Assembly: GCA_024644465.1 (NCBI GenBank)
Contig: JAHEKY010000007.1
Coordinates: forward strand, 351 to 64,350
Reading direction: 5' to 3'
Length of the DNA: 64,000 nucleotides
Source: Ilumatobacteraceae bacterium
Lineage (GTDB): Bacteria > Actinomycetota > Acidimicrobiia > Acidimicrobiales > Ilumatobacteraceae
Positions 59,870 through 64,000 of the stretch are shown one piece after another. Position 1 is the stretch's first letter. Every line of letters starts with the position of its first letter. The position numbers and the translations under genes are program-made. The notes under the pieces were generated by a model. That model was not told where the DNA came from. It ran no database searches and worked only from the letters and a program-made list of their open reading frames with translations.

Positions 59870-60907
59870 ATGGCAGATCTGAAGCTCGGCTACAACACCG
59901 GATACTGGTCGAAGGGCCCGCCGACGGGCGCGCTGGAGGCGGTGCAGGAGGCGGAGCGGCTCGGCTTCAACTCGGTGTGGACCGCTGAGGCGTACGGCTC
60001 GGACGCGCTGACGCCGCTCGCGTGGTGGGGCTCGCAGACCGAGTCGATCCAACTCGGCACCGCAATCATGCAGATGTCGGCCCGCACCCCGACCGCCACC
60101 GCGATGGCCGCGCTGACGATGGACCACCTCTCGGGCGGCCGCTTCATCCTGGGCATCGGCGCGTCGGGGCCGCAGGTCGTCGAAGGGTGGTACGGCCAGC
60201 CGTACCCCCGCCCGCTCGAGCGCACCCGCGAGTACGTCGACATCGTCCGCCAGGTCTTCGCCCGCGAGGCCCCGGTCGAGTTCCACGGCCGGCACTACGA
60301 CCTGCCGCTCGACGGCGGGGCCAACCTCGGCAAGGCGCTCAAACCGACCGTCCACCCGCTGCGCAACGACATCCCGATCTACCTCGCGGCGGAGGGCCCG
60401 AAGAACGTGGCACTGTCCGCCGAGATCTGCGACGGTTGGCTGCCGCTGTTCTTCTCCCCGAAGGACGACCGGTTCTACCGCGACTGCCTCGACCGCGGGT
60501 TCGAGGCGTCGGGCGACCCGGCGAAGAAGGGCCGCTTCGCGGTCACCGCCACCGTCACGGTCGTGCCCGGCGACGACGTGCAGCAGTGCGCCGACATGAT
60601 CCGGCCGATGCTCGCGCTGTACGCAGGCGGGATGGGTGCGAAGGGGGCGAACTTCCACTACGAGGTGTTCGAGCGGATGGGCTACGGCGACGTCGCCGAC
60701 AAGGTGCAGAACCTCTACCTCGAAGGCAAGAAGGACGAGGCCGCGGCGTCGATCCCCCTCGACATGGTCGAAGCCGTCGCGCTCGTCGGCCCGGCCGGCA
60801 AGATCAAGGAGGAACTCGCGCAATGGGAGGAGAGCTGCATCACCGAGCTGCTGCTGAGCGGCCCCGCGATGATGCTCCCCCACTACGCCGAGCTGATCCT
60901 CGGGTAG
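59870..60907 (+). CDS. LLM-class F420-dependent oxidoreductase
   Basis: AEAYGSDA, SGGRFILGIGASGPQVVEGWYG, AAEGPKN. Confidence 0.92.
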   Translation: MADLKLGYNTGYWSKGPPTGALEAVQEAERLGFNSVWTAEAYGSDALTPLAWWGSQTESIQLGTAIMQMSARTPTATAMAALTMDHLSGGRFILGIGASGPQVVEGWYGQPYPRPLERTREYVDIVRQVFAREAPVEFHGRHYDLPLDGGANLGKALKPTVHPLRNDIPIYLAAEGPKNVALSAEICDGWLPLFFSPKDDRFYRDCLDRGFEASGDPAKKGRFAVTATVTVVPGDDVQQCADMIRPMLALYAGGMGAKGANFHYEVFERMGYGDVADKVQNLYLEGKKDEAAASIPLDMVEAVALVGPAGKIKEELAQWEESCITELLLSGPAMMLPHYAELILG

Positions 60908-60936
60908 CTCGGCTCCGGCGCCGTAGCCTCACCCGG

Positions 60937-61248
60937 ATGGCCCGCCACGACATCACCTCCGTCGAGGTCGACCGGACGTCGCACGTCGAGGTCGAGTTCG
61001 AAGACGGCGTCATCGCCCGATTCGAGCTCGCACCACTGCGGTTGGCGTGCCCCTGCGCCGAGTGCAACGCCCGCCGCCAGCGTGGGGAACCGGCGAGCAC
61101 GGCGGTCGCCGACGGCGGACCGATCTCGATCAGCGACGCCGAGTTCGCCGGCAACTGGGGCCTCCGCCTCGACTGGAGCGACGGCCACTCGACCGGGATC
61201 TACGCGTGGACGACGCTGCGCCGATGGATCGACGAGCGCGAGTCGTAG
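60937..61248 (+). CDS. DUF971 (GBBH-like N-terminal) protein
   Basis: LRLACPCAEC, WSDGHSTGIY.W. Confidence 0.88.
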   Translation: MARHDITSVEVDRTSHVEVEFEDGVIARFELAPLRLACPCAECNARRQRGEPASTAVADGGPISISDAEFAGNWGLRLDWSDGHSTGIYAWTTLRRWIDERES

Positions 61249-61260
61249 CCGCATCCGATC

Positions 61261-61320
61261 AAAGTTGTGTCAGACACAACTTCGCGCGCTCGACAAAGAT
61301 GTGTCTGACACAACTTTGTC
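61261..61320. repeat. Doublet of palindromes in inverted orientation (REP/REPIN-like)
   Basis: AAGTTGTGTC-A-GACACAACTT and GACAAAGATGTGTC-T-GACACAACTTTGTC; 18-bp perfect IR between the two. Confidence 0.85.
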
Positions 61321-63083
61321 TAGGGCAGCAGGGACGTCGGGATGTCGACGACGCGGGCGCGGAGCCACTCGCCGAGCGCCTTCGCCTGGGCGTCTTGACG
61401 AGTCGACGCAGCGACGCCTTCCTCGAGCAGGCCGACGATCACGAAGTTGAGTGACCGGATGTTCGGGAAGCGGTGGCGCTCGATCGGCAACGCGGCGGCC
61501 TCCGGCAACAACTCCCGCAACCGGTCGATCGTCAAGAAACCGTCAAGCCACGCCCATCCGTCGTCGGAGCGGGCGAACACGCCGAGGTTGGCGTTGCCAC
61601 CCTTGTCACCCGACCTCGCCCCGACGACCGCGCCCAGCGGAGCCGTCGTCGTCGACCCGTCGAGACCGGCACCCGGACCATCGACGGCGATCACCAGCGG
61701 ATCGCCCGGCGGCGCCACCGACTCGACCTCGACGGTCGACCCGCCGAGCAGGTGGACGTACTGCGGCACGAGTTCGGCCGGCACCGTCGCGGGCCGGTAG
61801 ACACCGAACGGCGCGCCCGGGCCCGGGCCACCCCCGAGGCCGTACATCCCAGGGATCGACGCCAACGCCGTGTGCACCATCGCGTCCGAGAACGCCCGGC
61901 CGACCTTGCGCTCGTCGCTGTCCTTCACCGTCAGCCGCCAGATGGCCGTCGCCTCTTCCTGCGTCTCGGGGTCCGGTTTGTTCGTCGGGATCACCCGGCT
62001 CGACACCGAAGCGAAATCCTCGGGTGCGAACGGGCACGCATCCCAGAACGTCGCCTGCGCGAACGCCGCCTTCTCCTCGACGTCGAGCCCGGTCAGCGCG
62101 ACGGTGAACGAGTTGCGGTATCCGCCGAGTTCGTTCATCGCCACTTTCAACGTCGGCGGTGGTGCCTGCCCGCGCACCCCCGACACGCGGACGCGATCCG
62201 GCCCGACCTGCGCCAGCGCGATCGTGTCGAATCGGGCGGTCACGTCCGGGCCGAGGTACTCCGGTCCGCCGATCTCGTACAACAACTGTGACGTGACCGT
62301 CCCGACGGAGACGGCGCCACCCGTGCCGTCGTGCTTGCCGATCACCGCCGACCCGTCCGCGGCGACCTCCGCCCACGGAAAGCCGAGCCGCGCATTCGCG
62401 TCGAGGCCCTCGATCTCGTCGAAGAACGAGTAGTTGCCGCCCGTGACCTGTGCACTGCACTCGATCAGGTGTCCTGCGACGACTGCGCCGGCGAGCTGAT
62501 CGAAGTCCGACCGTGCCCACCCGTGGTGCCACGCCGCCGGCCCGCACACGACCGCGGCATCGGTCACCCGCCCGGTGATCACGATGTCGGCCCCGCGCGT
62601 CAGCGCGTCGACGATCCCCCAGCAGCCGAGGTACGCGTTCGCCGTCACGAACGCATCCGGGTCGCCGATGTCGTCGGCACCGCCGAACGGCTGGAGTGCG
62701 CCGGACTCCGCGAGCGCCGCCACCCGCGGCAGCAGGTCGTCGCCGTCGACGTACGCGATCCGCGGGGCGAGCCCGAGCTTGTCGGCGACGTCCTCGACGG
62801 CCTCGGCACAGCCGTCCGGATCGAGCCCGCCGGCGTTCGACACGACCTTGATCCCGCGGTCGAGGCAGGATCCCATCACCTGCTCCAGTTGCCCGACGAA
62901 CGTGCGGGCATACCCCGAGCCCGGCCGCTTCGTCCGGATCCGGCTGAGGATCAGCATCGTCAGCTCCGCGAGCCAGTCGCCGGTCAGGACATCGATCGGG
63001 CCACCCTCGACCATCTCGACCGCGCCGGACGGGCGGTCGCCGAAGAACCCCGAGCAGTTGGCGATGCGGATCGGAGCGCTCAT
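61320..63083 (-). CDS. atuA: Acyclic terpene utilization AtuA family protein
   Basis: IRIANCSGFFGDR, DWLAELTM, GHLIEC, QLLYEI, ARSGDKG. Confidence 0.88.
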   Translation of the reverse strand: MSAPIRIANCSGFFGDRPSGAVEMVEGGPIDVLTGDWLAELTMLILSRIRTKRPGSGYARTFVGQLEQVMGSCLDRGIKVVSNAGGLDPDGCAEAVEDVADKLGLAPRIAYVDGDDLLPRVAALAESGALQPFGGADDIGDPDAFVTANAYLGCWGIVDALTRGADIVITGRVTDAAVVCGPAAWHHGWARSDFDQLAGAVVAGHLIECSAQVTGGNYSFFDEIEGLDANARLGFPWAEVAADGSAVIGKHDGTGGAVSVGTVTSQLLYEIGGPEYLGPDVTARFDTIALAQVGPDRVRVSGVRGQAPPPTLKVAMNELGGYRNSFTVALTGLDVEEKAAFAQATFWDACPFAPEDFASVSSRVIPTNKPDPETQEEATAIWRLTVKDSDERKVGRAFSDAMVHTALASIPGMYGLGGGPGPGAPFGVYRPATVPAELVPQYVHLLGGSTVEVESVAPPGDPLVIAVDGPGAGLDGSTTTAPLGAVVGARSGDKGGNANLGVFARSDDGWAWLDGFLTIDRLRELLPEAAALPIERHRFPNIRSLNFVIVGLLEEGVAASTRQDAQAKALGEWLRARVVDIPTSLLP

Positions 63084-63093
63084 CGCCGCACGC

Positions 63094-64000
63094 TCACTCG
63101 TCGCCGTCGAGGTCGTCGAGCGCGACGAGCAGGTCACCCTGGTCGACGCGGTCGCCGACCGTATACCGCACCTCAGCGACGCGATGGCTGCCGATCGCGA
63201 TGATCTGGTGTTCCATCTTCATCGCCTCGACGACCATCAGGACATCGCCGTCGCCGACGGTCTGGCCGACCGCGACGTTGACCGCGATCACCGTGCCGGG
63301 CAGCGGGCAGATCGGCCCGCCGCCGCCGTCGTCGTGTTCGTGGTCGACGAACCGTGGCGCGAGTTCCCACACGACCGAACCGGACCGGCTGTGCGTGCGC
63401 ACCGACGCCCCCTCGACGCTGACCTCGACGGCGTGCCGCCACCCGTCGAGTTCGATCACCTGACGGCCGAACTCACGGTCGAGCAGCCGAACGTGGGCGA
63501 CGCGGCGGGTGTCCTCGCTGAGCGAACCGTCCTCGGTCGGCGTCGGCCACGGCCCGAGGTGAACCGTCGCGGCGGCGCCGCCGTGCATCACGTACTCGAC
63601 GTGGTGCTCGACGCCACCCTCGACCCAGACGACCCGCTGGCCCTGCGTGCGCACGTTGCGGTACCCGGAGGGCACGAACCCGTGGTGCGGGTCTGCGGCC
63701 CGGTTGCGGAACTCGGCGGCGAACGTCGCACCGAGCAGCAGTGCGATCCGCGCGTCACCGGTCGGCCCGTGCGGCGCGACGAGCTCGGGGTGCTCGTCGA
63801 GGAACGCCGTCGGCGTGGCCGCGGCCAGGAAATCCTCGTCGCGCAGCGTCGCGGCCAGCATGTCGATGTTCGTGTTGACGCCCGTGATCGTCGCGGTACG
63901 CAACGCCCGGGCGAGGCGCCGGGCCGCGTCCACGCGGCGGGGTTCGTGGGCGATGACCTTCGCGAGCAGCGAGTCGTAGTTCGGCGAGATCACCGTCCCC
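63094..64000 (-). CDS. Acyl-CoA carboxylase alpha subunit (biotin carboxylase-BCCP), 5'-partial
   Basis: YDSLLAKVI and EAMKM biotinylation motif; runs off the window end. Confidence 0.9.
   Translation of the reverse strand, partial: GTVISPNYDSLLAKVIAHEPRRVDAARRLARALRTATITGVNTNIDMLAATLRDEDFLAAATPTAFLDEHPELVAPHGPTGDARIALLLGATFAAEFRNRAADPHHGFVPSGYRNVRTQGQRVVWVEGGVEHHVEYVMHGGAAATVHLGPWPTPTEDGSLSEDTRRVAHVRLLDREFGRQVIELDGWRHAVEVSVEGASVRTHSRSGSVVWELAPRFVDHEHDDGGGGPICPLPGTVIAVNVAVGQTVGDGDVLMVVEAMKMEHQIIAIGSHRVAEVRYTVGDRVDQGDLLVALDDLDGDE

Overview
High-GC (roughly 70% by eye), gene-dense chromosomal segment of an actinobacterium, most likely Acidimicrobiia (Ilumatobacter-like; inferred from mshD, an F420-type LLM oxidoreductase, DUF3499 and gene order). 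Most of it is housekeeping: gdhA, a caa3-type cytochrome c oxidase operon, dnaG-rpoD-tRNA-Asn, hisCBHAF, hisI-trpE, mshD, rlmN, a heterodimeric ABC exporter, Lrp/ald, arfB, atuA and tRNA-Val. The most notable items are five. (1) Between rpoD and tRNA-Asn lies a module made of a 102-bp tandem array of hairpin-rich units and an HTH + LAGLIDADG-like gene whose stop codon lies inside the tRNA anticodon loop. (2) A pentameric ligand-gated ion channel carries three C-terminal extracellular PPC-like repeats. (3) A candidate ~100-nt three-hairpin sRNA has C-rich loops and its own promoter and terminator. (4) A PPDK homolog lacks its ATP-grasp domain. (5) A DUF222-HNH gene with SOS-like boxes sits beside a truncated GNAT gene. 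All calls come from reading motifs by eye; no database searches were run, and many start codons are best guesses.
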